NCBI RefSeq assembly: GCF_006345805.1
Contig: NC_042997.1
Coordinates: 104,842,001-104,906,000 of the forward strand
DNA: 64,000 nt
From: Octopus sinensis
Lineage: Eukaryota
Direction: 5' to 3'
The translations under genes were made by a program, and so were the position numbers. Of this stretch, positions 25,569-40,866 are shown piece by piece (within the stretch, counting starts at the first letter, position 1; each line of letters opens with the position of its first letter). The notes under the pieces were generated by a model. That model saw nothing but the letters and a program-made list of their open reading frames with translations. It did no database searches and was not told where the DNA came from.

Positions 25569-27328
25569 TATTATATTATATTATATTATATTATATTATA
25601 TTATATTATATTATATTTATTATATATGTTACATGATACTTTCTAATGTTGAAGAAAGCCAAGTAGATTTTCTCAGCTTATTTCTTGCAATATATTACGA
25701 ATTGTTTTCTTTCTTTTTTGTTCGCATTCTGCATTTCTTGTCACGTGTTCAATAAGTTTCTTTTTTATTTTATTTTTTGACAATGTAAACAATTCTTTAA
25801 TAAATACTGATGGCATGAACTGAAATTGTTTTTGCTTATACTTTAGTACATTCTGCACCAGTTTTTCAGATTCTTTACGACGTGGTTTTCTCGTAAAATT
25901 CAGATATACTATGCAAATATTGTACACCCGTCCATTATTATACATAATATATTAAAATATGTATAATTAGCATTTTTGCATGATATAATGTTGTAATGTA
26001 TGAACAATGTGGGACATTGCTCATTTTTACAGGTTAAATACAATGAGAAGGGCTGCGCTTATGACACTGTCTTCTAAGCAATTCCACACTGGAGGTAGGA
26101 AAGTGAGAAGTTATCTTCAAGCCAGAGACAGACCCAAATGCTCTTAGCAGTAGAGATACTCAAGAATTAGACATTGGTATTAAATCGGGAAGTTTGTTTT
26201 CATTTCCCTAAACCCGCAAAATTTTGTGTTAAATTAGATTCCGAGGAGTGGTAGAATATTCTTCAGATGTAATTTAAACTGTCCTGGCTATGTTTGATTA
26301 TATCTTAATAATACTAAAACTCTAGATGTTTGTTTTTACCCGAAATATCTCAGAAATAGTATATTTTATATTAATTTTGTTTTGCATGTATATTTTGATA
26401 CTTATGCAGTGCAATACAAATGTTTCTGATATGTGGATCTCTATTAAGAATGCAAACGATTAAACAAAATTTTTGTTTGTTATTTCTTGAAGAAATAACA
26501 AAAGACGTTAACAATAACAAAATACGTCAAGAAACATACAGAGTACACACACATAATGGATGTCATGGCCTGGGAATCAACACAAACACACGCCCGCTAT
26601 CTGTGACATATATACCCACAGCGTTTTCCCGCGCTCTCTATCACTCCGTAAAAAAAAGACGTCGACTCTTTTTACTTACACAAAATTTTAATAATTTCGA
26701 AATATTTTTAAGTGAATATTATTTCAAAAATGTAAATTGTTTGTACAGTAAGTATTTATATTTTAGCTTTCTTTAAAAACAATAATTTAATGGGTTTTTT
26801 AAAATTATTTTCAAGTGAATACCACTACAAAAATTTTTTCGAGTGCATTCAACGTATCTCAGCTCCAAAGATTTGGTTGCTTTTTCTCGCACGCTCTGCT
26901 ACCACGTAACAGCTATTTACGATAAAGACCCCCAACTACCTGTTAAGTGGTTGCAGGGCGTGCAAGAAACAGCAGCCAAATCTTTCCTATTTCTGGGAAA
27001 TGGGCCGTTTCCGCGTGATTTCGATGACACATTCGTTGAAAGCATGCGAAATAACCCAGAAAGAAAAACATCCACGAAACAAAACTCCGTTGCTGGGAAA
27101 TCATCAAAATGTAATTGTGACAACAACATTCGGTACTATGAAAAACTCATCAAATATTATTTCAACTTATCAATTTATTTTATGTCCATTAACATACTTC
27201 AGGCTGCTTTCCGTGCGTTTTTCACTAAATATGAACGTGTTAATTATTATGAATATGTAGTCTTCTTTTAGAAATGATGAAAGAAATTTTTAAAGTAATG
27301 TTCTAATATCATTATTATTTTTTTCAGC

Positions 27329-27375
<47 letters not shown>

Positions 27376-28566
27376 AAATAATTTTTGCCTCTTTTTATGG
27401 AGACAAATGGGTTTATGAGTGCTCAAATGAAATTGAGACACAGATAAAAACATTGATCAGAGAACAAACATCAAGTTCGAGTCAACGACTTCAAATATAA
27501 CACCACACCTCCAAACATTTGATCATATATAAGTATTACTATGGCCTTTAACATATAAAGAATACATATATAAAAATAAACACAGAAGGTAAAAAATATA
27601 TATGCAAATAAAAATACAGATATATAGAATGGTCTAACAAGAAGGTATATACAATCGACTAAAAATCCGAAAGCGTGTCATACGACTAAAAATCTAAATA
27701 AAATAACATATCAATCGACTTATAAAATTTTTTCTTACTCCCCTCAAACCAAAAATTATGACCAAAAAGTTCATTTCATAAAAACCATGATAGTTTCGAG
27801 TGCAGAAGCGTAAAATTGTGCCATAAATTCAAGCCAAACATATCTATGGCCATTTCGGGAGTTCACTTCCGCGGTGCGATTACGAGTTAAGATGCATCTC
27901 GACAATGACCCCCTCATCCGGATGAACAGGAATCGCGCGCGTGTGTATTATTGCTTCGAAAATTTACTCAGAATCTATATCAATATCTTAGAAAATTGAT
28001 GCATTTCACAATAGAAGACAAGTTCGCAACATCCCGAATCTATGATATCCTATATCATTTTCTACTTTTCTACTCTAGGCGCAAGGCCCGAAAATTTGGG
28101 GCAGGGGGCCAGCCGATGAGATCGTCTCCAGTACGCAACTGCTACTTAATTTATCGAACCCGAAAGGATAAAAGGCAAAGTCGACCTCCGCGGAATTTGG
28201 ACTCAAAACGTAGGATTTCCTATATTGACTGAAATCTCCCCTACTTAATCCTCTTTCTCTTATTTTATTCCCGCATTTTACTATTGTTAATTCCACAGTT
28301 AAGAATTTAAAAGTTTCTACACAATTTTAGGTGTGCGGGGCAAGTAAGAGATGATTTGAAATGAGACCAACGAATTTGCCGTTTCTATAGAACAATGTCA
28401 ATATAAATACTTAATCGAGTATCGAAATTTACCTGTAAATTTTTCCAAGCATACTTTGACTTTATTAAGAAAGTTGCATTCTCTAACGCTCTTTTTTCGT
28501 TTGGTATCTGAAGCATCTCAGCATAAACAAGATCTTTAAAAACTTTCTCTTAAAAATCCTGAAGTA

Positions 28567-28672
<106 letters not shown>

Positions 28673-29767
28673 GTGTGTGTGGACAGACTCATCGAAAGCT
28701 TAAGAAAATGAAGGGCAATTATTAGAAGAAGTTTTTCGTGAGAGTGTTTTTCCCAGTGCCTCTCGTAATTATTTGCTTCGACAGCAATTTCCTTTCCACA
28801 ACCTATTTTCGATATTTTTATATCTAACTTACATTTGAAAACAAGGCGTTATAATTTATTCTCTATCAGAGAAAGTGTTACGTTATGTTTTTTCTTTCTT
28901 TCTTGGTTAAAAATAAATATTTTCATAGGACACTACTTTCAACAATGAACTTTCACAACTCTCGACATATAATTTCTCTTTGTTGGTATATGTTTTTAAA
29001 CACGTAAACTTTTCGTAACTTAATCCAAAACACCAGCTTCAGTTCTCTTTCTGTCTTAGTCTGATGTATTTTTCAGAGTATATTAAGATCTTTTCTTGTA
29101 TTAAGAGAGAAAGAAATTTAGCTAACAATCAGCAATTATCCTGAATAAATAAGATCTTATTTTGGCACTGTTCCTTGAATTAACCATCGCATTCTGTCTT
29201 TCTACTTCATATTTTTTTATTGGGATGGAGAAAATAATAACAAAGCTCAATTTTCAAAACATAAAATACAAGCGCGCTAGTATCACAAACTACGAACATA
29301 GGAGAATTCTGTAGAATACAATTATCAATTGTAAACTACCACTTCAGGATTAAACAAATATCAAAATTGTTATTTGGAGAATTACGACTGAATGCGTTAT
29401 GGAGCATATTTAATTATCCAATGCAGCGCACTTGCTACATGCGCCATATTTTGGTCATCAGTTTTTCATACTTTAGATTCTGAAGGAAAATAATACCGAC
29501 TACAGTGAGCAGTACATATAAATAAATTGTGTGAGATTACTATGTAACTTTTGAAAACACAGTCTGTACATGCCTATGGCATGGTGGTAAAACAATCTGA
29601 TGTAAATCAGAACGTTACAATAATAATAAGGATGAGAATTTCAAGAGCGAATGCTGATTAAGTTGGAAGAGATTTCGATCACTGGACATTGTGTTAGCCT
29701 TATGAAATACAAATAAAGAAGAGATGGTAGCATGAAGCAACGTACAGAGAGTTCTAGTGCATTAGTC

Positions 29768-30088
29768 CGGCCGGATGTTATTGTCAAGGATCTTCAAGAT
29801 AAGATGTGTCCCGAAAGCGAGTTATCATTCCCGACTGGCGATAAAGTATTTCTGAAAGAAATGACAAAATTTATTCCTAATTTTCTTGAAGAGAAAAGAG
29901 AATAGTCAAAACAAAGAACTCTAAAAATAGAGATTGAATTTTGGAACAAAAAGGTGAAAACAGTCCCCATAAGAGCCATGAGAATTATTGAAATAGATAT
30001 AGATAAATACATAGCCCGAAACCCAAGATTTACACTTATGCACAACACCGACAGAATAGTTTCACTAAGCGCTCAACATATGGTATAA
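29768..30088 (+). mobile_element. Restriction-like endonuclease C-terminus of an R4/CRE-type LINE (pseudogenic)
   Basis: RPDVIVKDLQDKMC...SFPTGDKVFLKEMTK...LKIEIEFWNKKVKTVPI...DKYIARNP...RIVSLSAQH follows the RPD..(D)..K RLE pattern; same type as 1530-2135. Confidence 0.65.
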
Positions 30089-32112
30089 AATATCGCTGTT
30101 AGAATAAGAAAACGAAAGCAAATCCAAGCACGGGCCTAAAGCACACAGAGAAGTGATAGATTATGGTGTGAAAGAAGGCAGTAATAAATATAAAACTACT
30201 GCAAGTTGACAGTATTATGACAATTTCTAAGGTGGCAACCCGCAAATGATCTGGAAGGGAATTGGTAATTACAATTACTCTTGAGAGGAGAAAATGCAAA
30301 ATGTACATCAGTTTTATTTGGACACAGGGCTTAAACAGTGCAAGGAATTCTATCGGACATGCTGACGCTACAGTTTTTATAACAATGATTTATATTTATG
30401 TATATGTATATAAAGCTGGTGAGCTGGCAGAATCATGAGCACGCCGGGCAATATGCTTGACGGCATTTCGACCATCTTTACGTTCTGAGTCCAAATTTCA
30501 CCGAGATCGACTTTGCTTTTCATCCCTCGGGGTCGATAAAATAAGTATACTATTTAATGACTGGGGGCTATGTAATGGACTTAATCTTTCCCCAGAACTT
30601 TCTAGTTTCGTGCCAAAATTTGAAGTCAATATATGTATATCTATAATTCTTTGTTTCTTTCGAATGTGCTTTGTATATTAGAATGAGGAATAAAAAGTTT
30701 TCATGCCATATCTAATAAGTTAATTAAATGAAGTGTTTATATCTGAAACAAGAATGGGAAATATGTGGTACAGGTCATTTGTAATAGGTACAAAGCTAGC
30801 AGTTTTCAGAGAAGGCTTAATCGATAACATTTGCCCCAGCGCATGACAAGTATTTTATCGACGCTGAAAAGATGAAAAATAAAGATGAACCTTTTCGGAG
30901 TTTGAACGTAAAACGCATAAATCAGTACTAAAATACCAAAAGCATTTAAAGCATTTTCTGCGAAGCCTAAAGTATTCATTCAGGTAAGAATTTAATGATA
31001 AAAATGGACTGTGACTGAATGCAGTTCTTGAACTCAGAACTAAGTGCCGGCGATATAAAGATTCTGCCAATGCACCCATTAGGATAATAACCATTTCTAA
31101 CATACACCCAAAGCTGGGAAATTGAGGAAAGGAGCGAGTTGAATATATACTGAACTAGAACATTGTTTTATGGATCCTGGGTAGATGAAAAAGCAAGCTG
31201 ATTAGTTGGAATGTAAATGCAGTATAAACGCTGTAAGACTTTTCTCTGCCATCTATGACCTCGATAATGATTTCTGATATAGTTACAAGGCCATCAATTT
31301 TGAGGGCAGAGAATAAGTTGATGCTATAGGCATTAGTACGTGAATATAATTTATTTTATCGCTTGTGGGATGAAAAGCGAGTTTGACTTCGGTGGGATTT
31401 GAAAATAATGACCCGAAGGAAAATTTCCGCAGACCCTTCCTTTTTTTCCCGACGTACAATCACCAACCTTATAATGATTACGAATGTAGAAACACAACTT
31501 GAAATTTAGACAAGAATATCACAAACATCCCATTGTTAAACTAGGGCATACCAAAATGTCTTGTAAAGCAGAAATGAAATTTCAATCAGCGAAAAGAAAT
31601 AAAGAAAGAAAAAGAAAAACAATTGGATAGATGTAGATTTGAAATTCCTAAGTTCCTTTTCCAATAAATAGCTATCTATGAAACAGTGGTAAGGTACAAT
31701 TTAGCTTTAAAACAAAAAAGGAAAGGAAATGGTTGACATTCGCAGTTAGACATAATGTAATGTTTTTCTTAAACTTTTCCTTTCCAGTTTGATAAATAAC
31801 ATTGTATATTTCCGTTTATCTTGCTCCAATTTTTAAAATAAATATTCTCTAATTAAAATAAACAAACTAAAGCAAATTAAACACACACACGCACGGACAC
31901 AAAAACATATGCATATGTATATGCTGTACATACAAATAAGCATACACATGTACACACACATGCACACATATATATGAATTTATGAATGCATATCTATGTA
32001 TGTATGTATGTATGTATATATATATGTATATGTATATATGTATATGTATATGAGCGCATATACACACATGCATACACACACATGGAATTATAATTATAAA
32101 TATTATCTATAA

Positions 32113-32144
<32 letters not shown>

Positions 32145-32722
32145 TTGTAAGTATGCATGTTTGTATACATGCGTATATACAGATGTGTGTATGTTTATAT
32201 GCCTATATACTATACATAAATATTTATAACGTAAAATAATATTTTTTGGTATCGACGAAAGCTAATTCAGTTTCTCAATAAACGAAACCGCAACATCTCT
32301 AAATTATAGTTTATGTGGTCGAGTATTCCACTGACTTGCGTAAACATTAATATAAGCCACCGACAAAATTTTCATGACACACTCAGCATCTGGCAAGGCG
32401 GACGTTTTGAATAACAATTTCAAGTTCATTTGACAGTCATCCACAGTTTCCGTTCACTAAATCTCAGTCGCAACATTCATGCATGTCAACATACATACAT
32501 ACATACATACATACATACATACATACATACATACATACATACATACATACATACATACATACATACATACATACGTACATACAAACATACAGACATACAA
32601 ATATATGTGTATACATACATACATACACATATATCTATATATATATATATCCATCCATCCATCCATACACACACACACACACACACACACATACGCACGC
32701 ACACACACATATACATAACTTA

Positions 32723-32941
32723 CGAGGCGGCGCTGAAAATTTTGTCTGGAAGGTTATCGCGAAAGGCCTGGCAGAAGGCCCAAGCTTCCGATTTCTTTCA
32801 TAGGGCTTAGAAAAACTGAAGGACCGCTGCAAGAAGTGTGTGAATATAAGAAGGGAAAATGTTGAATAAAATCACAACTAACTACTGATCATCCCGTATT
32901 TTCTTTTACCCAAAGTCAGAAACTTTTTCAGCACCCGCTTG
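32723..32941 (+). mobile_element. Internally deleted mariner (irritans-like) MITE, 219 bp
   Basis: TA-CGAGGCGGCGCTGAAAATTT ... AAACTTTTTCAGCACCCGCTTG-TA. Retains the transposase C-terminus SDFFHR..EKLKDRCKKCVNIRRENVE*. Confidence 0.75.
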
Positions 32942-35057
32942 TAGGCCGTCTTCTTCAGCTGATGATCGAGATTGAAAGTGCTAACAACAACCACTTTTAT
33001 ATTCAGTAAATTCTTCATATAATTTTTCGAGTTAGAACAAAGAAAAGTGAGTGGAGTAATGGTAGTGAGGGAGGAACTTACTCTTCAATATATTTGAGGG
33101 AGAAACTTACTCTTCAATATATATATATATGTGGCGATTAGCTGAATATGGCGACTGTGACTAGAATGAGGGAACCTACTCTGAGCATTTGCCAATAGAT
33201 AATTTCTCTCTCTCTCTCTCTCTCTCTTTCTTTTTCGACGCTGATGTATCTCACCGCTCTTTGCATGCCATCTTCTTTTGAATATTCTCCATTTGGTGCT
33301 CTGTTGCATGTATCTATACCACAAAACAACATCAGTTGTATCAAATATCTTTAATTCTTTTCTGCGAATCTTCATGCTATTATATTTTTACGCTCAGATA
33401 GCCACTGCATCGTAAGTGTGATTGTGCTCGCTTATTTCTTTTACTATAATTTGGCCACTTTTACTCCATTCGCTCATGAAACTTAATCTTTATATTTTCC
33501 ATGTATTATCATTATGAATTAAATTTCTCTAACACTTGTGTTACTAAATTTCTGTTGCCATGTTCTAATTACCCTTCAATGAATTTTCAAAATACTTCAG
33601 AATTTTGTAAAGTAACTATCGTTAACCGAAAATAAAGGTGGCATGCAAGCAGAGTCGTAAACGAGTCGGATATCATGCTAAGCGACATTTCTTCTGGCTC
33701 TTTATATTCTGGCACCAAATTCTGCCGATGTCGACTTTGCCTTTCATCATTTCGAGGTCGATAAAATAAGTATCACCTGAGATCTGGTGTTGATGTTAAC
33801 GAATTACTCCTGGACAGAAAATTACTAGCCAAGTGCTACAAATGGAAATTTATTAACCACGAATTTGGAAGATATATAACTATGGACGTTTGAGGGAAAA
33901 TCTTCAATTCAGATCCTTTTAATGAACAAAGTTTATATCCTTTTTATGCAAAGTAGAATAGTATGTATGGTAGGCAAATTCATTACGTAAAAAAATAGGC
34001 ATTGGGTCAAGACTAAAAATGTGAAGACTTGGCAATAACCTAGGCAATAACTCAAACAAATTTTACTTTGACTTTGTTGTTATCTATAGATTTTACTGTT
34101 ATATATAACTATTTTCTCTATTATTCTATTTATTGTACTAACTAATTATGTACTGCTATTATTTTTATAACCTATTTTCAAATTCATAATTATTAATTAA
34201 TAATTTAAAAAAGTGAATTTTATAAAGAGCAAAAAATATTTCAATTTTCAATAGAAGTAACAAGTAATAACAAATAGAAGTGATGACTTGTAATAACATT
34301 TTTAGTTTCAATAAAAGCTAACATTTTCTAAATCTAAATATTTTATTTGAAATCAGATCTCTAGCTGCAATGTTTTAAGTAAAAGTTTTCTTGCTCTGTA
34401 ATTTACCAGATGTGATAAGTTATCCTGAACTTTTCCAAGAGTAATAACTTGTTCTAAACTTTTCCAGGATTATAATCTTATGATTTCTCTTGCTCGCATT
34501 TTTTTAAGTAATATGAAAATGTGTTCATTGGCCACAGAATTGCGGTCAGTATCGTGTTATTAATGAATTCCTTCCGGCAATGATTCTCTTAAAATGATAG
34601 TTTTGTTAATTACTGTTGTAATTTCATTTCACCCATCTCCATATTAACAAAGTAATAAGATTCTATTCTTCCCATTCTGAGTTCAAATATCAAATATCAA
34701 TATTGCTTTTCGGTATCCTGGATCTATAAAAAAGGTAGAATTCAAGTAGTACTGGCAGTACATTCAATCGTCCCCTTCTCTCAAATATCAGTGGTTTTGC
34801 TTCTGTTAATTATCATAATAAGTAATTATGGTTATATTTTGTATCTCCCTTTATGTGTATCTATTTTACTGTGAATCTATTCGTGCGTGTCTAACCCTTC
34901 ATGAATAATTCCTTTGTACAGTATTTTGTATACAAGTTGGTCAGTGGGTGATAAAATCTACTAAACATACAGGTTACTGCGTATGTATGTGCCAAGACAC
35001 ACACACACACACACACACGCACCTATCTACACAATCATACGTATATATGTGGAATAT

Positions 35058-35107
<50 letters not shown>

Positions 35108-35584
35108 GTGTGTGTGTGTGTGTGTCTGTGTAAGTGTATATGATGTCATTCCCTTTAATAATTTATTTTCGTATACATAAACTACATTTGCATAGATTTG
35201 TATGCGAAAAGGATTTTTTTAAGTACAAGTTACCTACCGCTGAGCACTCACCGTTGCGTGTGCGGCCATTTGTGTGCAACTCTATGCATACATAGAATTG
35301 TAATACATTCATAAAAAGACGCACGTATAATCACACAAACAAACAGAGATACACACACACACACATGCACAAGCACATAATTGCAATGCAAGGCGGAGAA
35401 AGTAGTACCCGAATATCAAAGGTAATGTACTATTTTGTTGACGACACAAAGAACATCACTAATACTTACCCGGGGTTTCACGTAAGCGTTTACTAGACAG
35501 TTGTCTAAAAATTGAAAGAATTGTTGTCGTATGAAAGATTACAAGAAACTCTGAGGATAGTTTGTAATACTCTCCTCGGCTTCA

Positions 35585-35665
<81 letters not shown>

Positions 35666-36384
35666 GAATTTTGTAGAGTACAAATTCATTATTCATAGTT
35701 GTTGATAGTGACTTCGAATTTTCGGCCTGGCCGATACATCTGAACAACATCCTTGTATAACTGTTTTGTTCTCACTGTTCTGTTCTAGTTACCACTTTCG
35801 CCCACCGCAAACGTTCCCAAATTTTATTTAATTTGCTTTGCGGGAAGGATTGTTTCAACGAAGTCGCGTCTTGTGCTTGCCTTCGAAACGTGGAGTAGTT
35901 GATACAGGGACAACTGAAGAAGTGGAATATTTTTTATGTTGTATGTCTCATTTCTCTGTTTGTTTCTTTTTTTCCTTGCTCGAAAAAAGTTCCTTTCTAT
36001 GTTTTTGTTTTTATGTTTTCGCTTCTCATTGTGTTCAACGTTTTTTTGATGTCCTGTACCCATATATGCATGTATATATACATATAAATGTAGGCATGTA
36101 CATATATGTATGTATATATGCATATATATGCATATGTTTCATTTATTATTTTGTTATTATATGATCGAACGCCACGCATGTTTTTCCAAGTAAGTTTTAT
36201 CTTAATAATTACGAAGCGCACTGCTCAATCTTTACTATCTCTTCTCTATCTATCTCTCTCCCCCTCTTGTTCTTCATCATTTCTGGTTTTCTCTCCCACC
36301 CATCCCTATTCTTCTCCTCTCCCCTTCACTGTTCCCTCTCTCTCACTCATCCTCCTCGACTCTTTCGTCGTTGACACGAAATTG

Positions 36385-36582
36385 TATCGCCTCCAGTGCG
36401 TAACTGGTACTTATTTAATCGACCCGGAAAGGACGAAAGGCAAAGTCGACCTCGGCGGAATTTGAACTCAGAGTGTAACGGCAGACGAAATACGGCTACG
36501 CATTTCGGCCGGCGTGCTAACGTTTCTTATTTCTTTATTGCCCACAAGGGGCTAAACACAGAGGGGACAAACAAGAACAGAC
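36385..36582 (-). mobile_element. SINE family A: 3' end of one unit fused to a head-clipped second unit
   Basis: Junction ...AATAAAGAAATAAG|AAACGTTAGCACGCC at ~36526. Confidence 0.85.
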
Positions 36583-36655
36583 ATATATGCATATATTTAT
36601 ATATTATTTATATTATTATATGATCGAACGCCACGCATCCTTTTCCAAGTAAGTT

Positions 36656-36775
<120 letters not shown>

Positions 36776-36834
36776 AGGTATAATTATCAGTACAGATATT
36801 ATACATATATATATATATAATATATATATCTATA

Positions 36835-36898
<64 letters not shown>

Positions 36899-37626
36899 TA
36901 CACACACACACAAAATACACTCGTAAACACATACATAAAACACGTGCACACACATACATACGCACAAATAGATATAAACTGGGATCTTTCTAAGAATATA
37001 TCTACGACGCCACCGTGTATAAAAAGTTTATGAATGAATGATGTGACAGAGGGAGGGAAATACAGATTGTTGCATCAAAAGATTAAACCCACTGGACTAT
37101 GTAATCGCTGGTGAACATGATGAGCCAAATGTACACCTGGTCCGTGTCTGCTGTAGTGCGGAATGTTAGACTGATCATAAACTTATTCAGGCTCGAAATT
37201 AAGTATTTAACCCCCATCTATCTAAAAGAACATTTCGATAATAGGAAGATTCCCCCTAAAGGAATCAAATTATGGGTAAGTCGAGTGCAGAGAAATTCAA
37301 ATTGAAAGCAGTAACTGCGTCTATTTATTTATTTATCTATCTATATATTGCTTTAATCTATACATCCTTCCACTTTTCATTTGTTTAATGTTTTATCAGT
37401 CTAACATGTTCTTATTTCCTGTTCTATTCTGTTCAATTCTGTCATCCTAGCATCGATCGTTTGTAAGAGCGACTGCCTTTATTTGCTGGCTATTTTATTC
37501 GTTTGTTGTAGTGTGCTGTTTAATAGGTTACATGTATATGGGGGTTCGTCCGAGTAAGAACCCAATCTTGTACTGTGAACGTACTCAATGGTGACTGGGG
37601 AAATATTAGTGTAGATGTAATATTAC

Positions 37627-37682
<56 letters not shown>

Positions 37683-38409
37683 ATATCTATCTATCTAATT
37701 AAATAACTAGTTATATAACTAATTAAATAATTAATGAATTAATTAGCTACAAATACATAAATAAAAAGGGTTCCATATCTAAGCTAAGTTATCAGCCCAA
37801 ATTAGTATAAACTCTGCCTAGAATTATTATTTATAGTAATTTTTGTGGGCTGCTGGCTATTCTTTGTGCTTTCTTTTGTTCCAATATGGGATATATTTCT
37901 GCATTTATATATAAAATCTTGTGCCTTTTTTTTTAATTAAGAGGGGTGACAGTACTAATCGACTTCCACATTTCTCTGAAACTGCTGGCCTTGTGCCAAA
38001 ATTTGAAACCAATATCAGGTGACATTCAATACAACGTGGGCTTCTCACCTGTCTTATCGAAGTACCGTAATACACTAAGACGAACCTTTTTGCCCTTGAC
38101 AAGTCGACGCTCTAAGTACCAATTTTTTCCATTCACCAAAATCTGTGGAAGAGTTGCTGTTTTTTTAATGCGAAATTCGGAACGACCTAGCAAGTAAACA
38201 CTAATAAATTCTATTTTTTATAACACGAACCAACATGGGGTTTCTACGCGATTGCCAAACCCTCGAGAAATTGCATCTAAATCTTCTCTAAATTTCACGC
38301 ACAGACATATACATATAAAAAATTATTTATTCAAAGCTGAATCACTGTGGGGCGCAATTCGAAGTCTCTCGCTACTAGGATTTAGTCATAACTCCCTGTT
38401 GCGTCTAAC

Positions 38410-38996
38410 TTACAAATTTTGGGTGAGGGGTCCAGTCGATTAGATCGACCCCAGTACGTAACTGGTACTTAATTTATCGATCCCGAAAGGACGAAAGGCA
38501 AAATCGACCTCGGCGGAATTTGAACTCAGTACGTAGAGGCAGACGAAATACCTATTTCTTTACTACCCACAAGGGACTAAACACAGAGGGGACAAACAAG
38601 GACAGACAAACGGATTAAGTCGATTATATCGACTCCAGTACATAACTGGTACTTATTTAATCGACCCCGAAATGATGAAAGGCAAAGTCGACCTCGGCGG
38701 AATTTGAATTCAGAACGTAACGGCAGACGAAATACGGCTACGCATTTCGCTGGGCGTGTTAACGTTTCTTCTTTCTTTACTGTCCACAAGGGGCTACACA
38801 TAAAGGGGACAAACAAGGACGGACAAACGGATTGAGACGATTATATCGACCCCAGTGTGTAACTAGTACTTATTTAATCCACCTCGAAAGGATGAAAGAC
38901 AAATTCGACCTCGGCAGAATTTGAACTCAGAGTGTAACGGAAGACAAAATACGGCTACGCATTTCGCCCGGCGTGCTAACGATTTTACCAGCTCGT
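38410..38996 (-). mobile_element. Head-to-tail array of three SINE family A units
   Basis: Three successive GAATTTGAA(C/T)TCAG cores; junctions at ~38552 and ~38768. Confidence 0.9.
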
Positions 38997-40761
38997 AGGA
39001 GAGAAAGGATGAGAAAAGAAGAGAGTAAATGAGGGTTGAAGAGAGAGAATGACTGCTCGTGAAAAATTAATTGGCGATTTGTCTGGTCCACTTCACAGCA
39101 GTTTAGAATACCAGAAATAAATTAACCAGGCTTTAGAGCATTTATGCTGACATAATAAGTGCGCATTCTAGCTGTAGGTGAAACTACCCTTTAGAATATC
39201 AGTGAAAGTCACTTAAGAACTCATTTTGAATTTCTGAAGAATTAAACATTTTACTTCCCTCACTCATGTTCTGGTACCTTTGGCACCACATTTCTTATAC
39301 CGAATATTGCTGTAGCAACAAGGATTAGTAATTAGAAATTCTGGCCCCAGGCAAATGTTTTTTTAAGGGGAAGTGGTGAGTCGATTATATCGAACCAACC
39401 GATCATCGAAAATATTATCGATACGAAAGGATAAAATGCAAATACACTCGGTATTTGAATTCAGAACAAAATGAGACGGAAGTGTTTTACAAAATTCGAT
39501 AAAGCTAAGCATTTTTTCCGACGTGCTAACGATCTGCCTGCCCTCTCACCAATTTTTGTTTCAAATTTTGGCACAAGGGAGCAACTTTCGAGGGAAGGGT
39601 TAAGTGATTGCATTGACCCTACTACTCAACTGGTATTTATCGTCCCTGAAAGAATGAAAGGTAAAACTGACCGTAGCACTTTTTGTACTCAGAACATTCA
39701 GAGCCATAAGAAATGTCATTAAGCATTTTGTCCAACGCTCTGACCACTCCGCGAGCTCATCACCCAAGAATCAAGTACTGATTCAAAATGATAGTCTATG
39801 TTTTTCTTTCCAAGGTATATAAGTAAAGGATAAAGTTTGTTGGAATGCACACATAAATCAAATCAAGAATAGCGAAACATTCCTTTTTTATTCATCTCAT
39901 ATATACCACATCTGAATTATATAATGTCGTCTTTATGACATAAAGTGTTAAGCTACAATGAAAAATTCTATTGAAATTTCAGTGACTGTTAGGTACACTA
40001 ATACCTTAATTATCGTATAGAACCGAAAATGAAGAAGGCTCCCATGAAGCATACAACCAACGATTTTCTACGTACAAAATTACTTAATTGATAATATATT
40101 GGTTTCGAAATTTGGCAGAAGGTCAGCAATTTAGGGAGCAATTAAGTCGACCCCAGTATTTAACAGGAAAGGGATGAAAGGCAAAGTTGACTTTGGCAAA
40201 ATAAAAACAACAATGAAAAAAGAACGAAATGCTGATTAGCATTTTGCCCAGTGTCCTTACGATTCTGCAAGTTCATCACCTGATATTTAGGTATATATTA
40301 CAATTTGTTTTTAGAATAATTTTTGTGAAGTACAGACTCCAAATCAATCAATCGAATAAACTCGTAATTTATGCTAGGTGTACATTATTGATTTATAACG
40401 TTGGTTACACGGCCACTCGATGAGGCGAACGGGATTTGAGCATAAAACGTGATTCTGTCTATTCACCGGGGTTTTTAGTAAGAAATGTTAAATTGAACAG
40501 GAGTTGTATTTAGACAGACACACACACACTTACACACACACACATAAACGCGCGCGCACACAGAGGAAAAACGAATAAAGAGTCGCACGGGCACTCGCCT
40601 CTGATGAGCGTAAATTAATGAAAGTGATTGCGTAAGAACTATTCTTTATTCGTTAACAGATACCATACGGTGTACTGACGTTATGCATGGAGCAGTGTGT
40701 GTGTATTCATATATATATATACATATATACATATATGTTGTTTATATATACATATATATAT

Positions 40762-40793
<32 letters not shown>

Positions 40794-40797
40794 TATA

Positions 40798-40847
<50 letters not shown>

Positions 40848-40866
40848 TATATACATATATATATAG

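Noticed and set aside
25673-25945. 90-aa Lys-rich minus ORF
   Set aside because: Composition is explained by A-rich sequence; no motif or convincing splice pair.
38410-38996. Regularly repeated units resembling a CRISPR array
   Set aside because: Units are ~200-bp SINE copies without unique spacers; eukaryotic context, no cas genes.
40601-40623. CTGATGA...GAAA hammerhead-like core
   Set aside because: No stem II, stem I or helix III can be formed.
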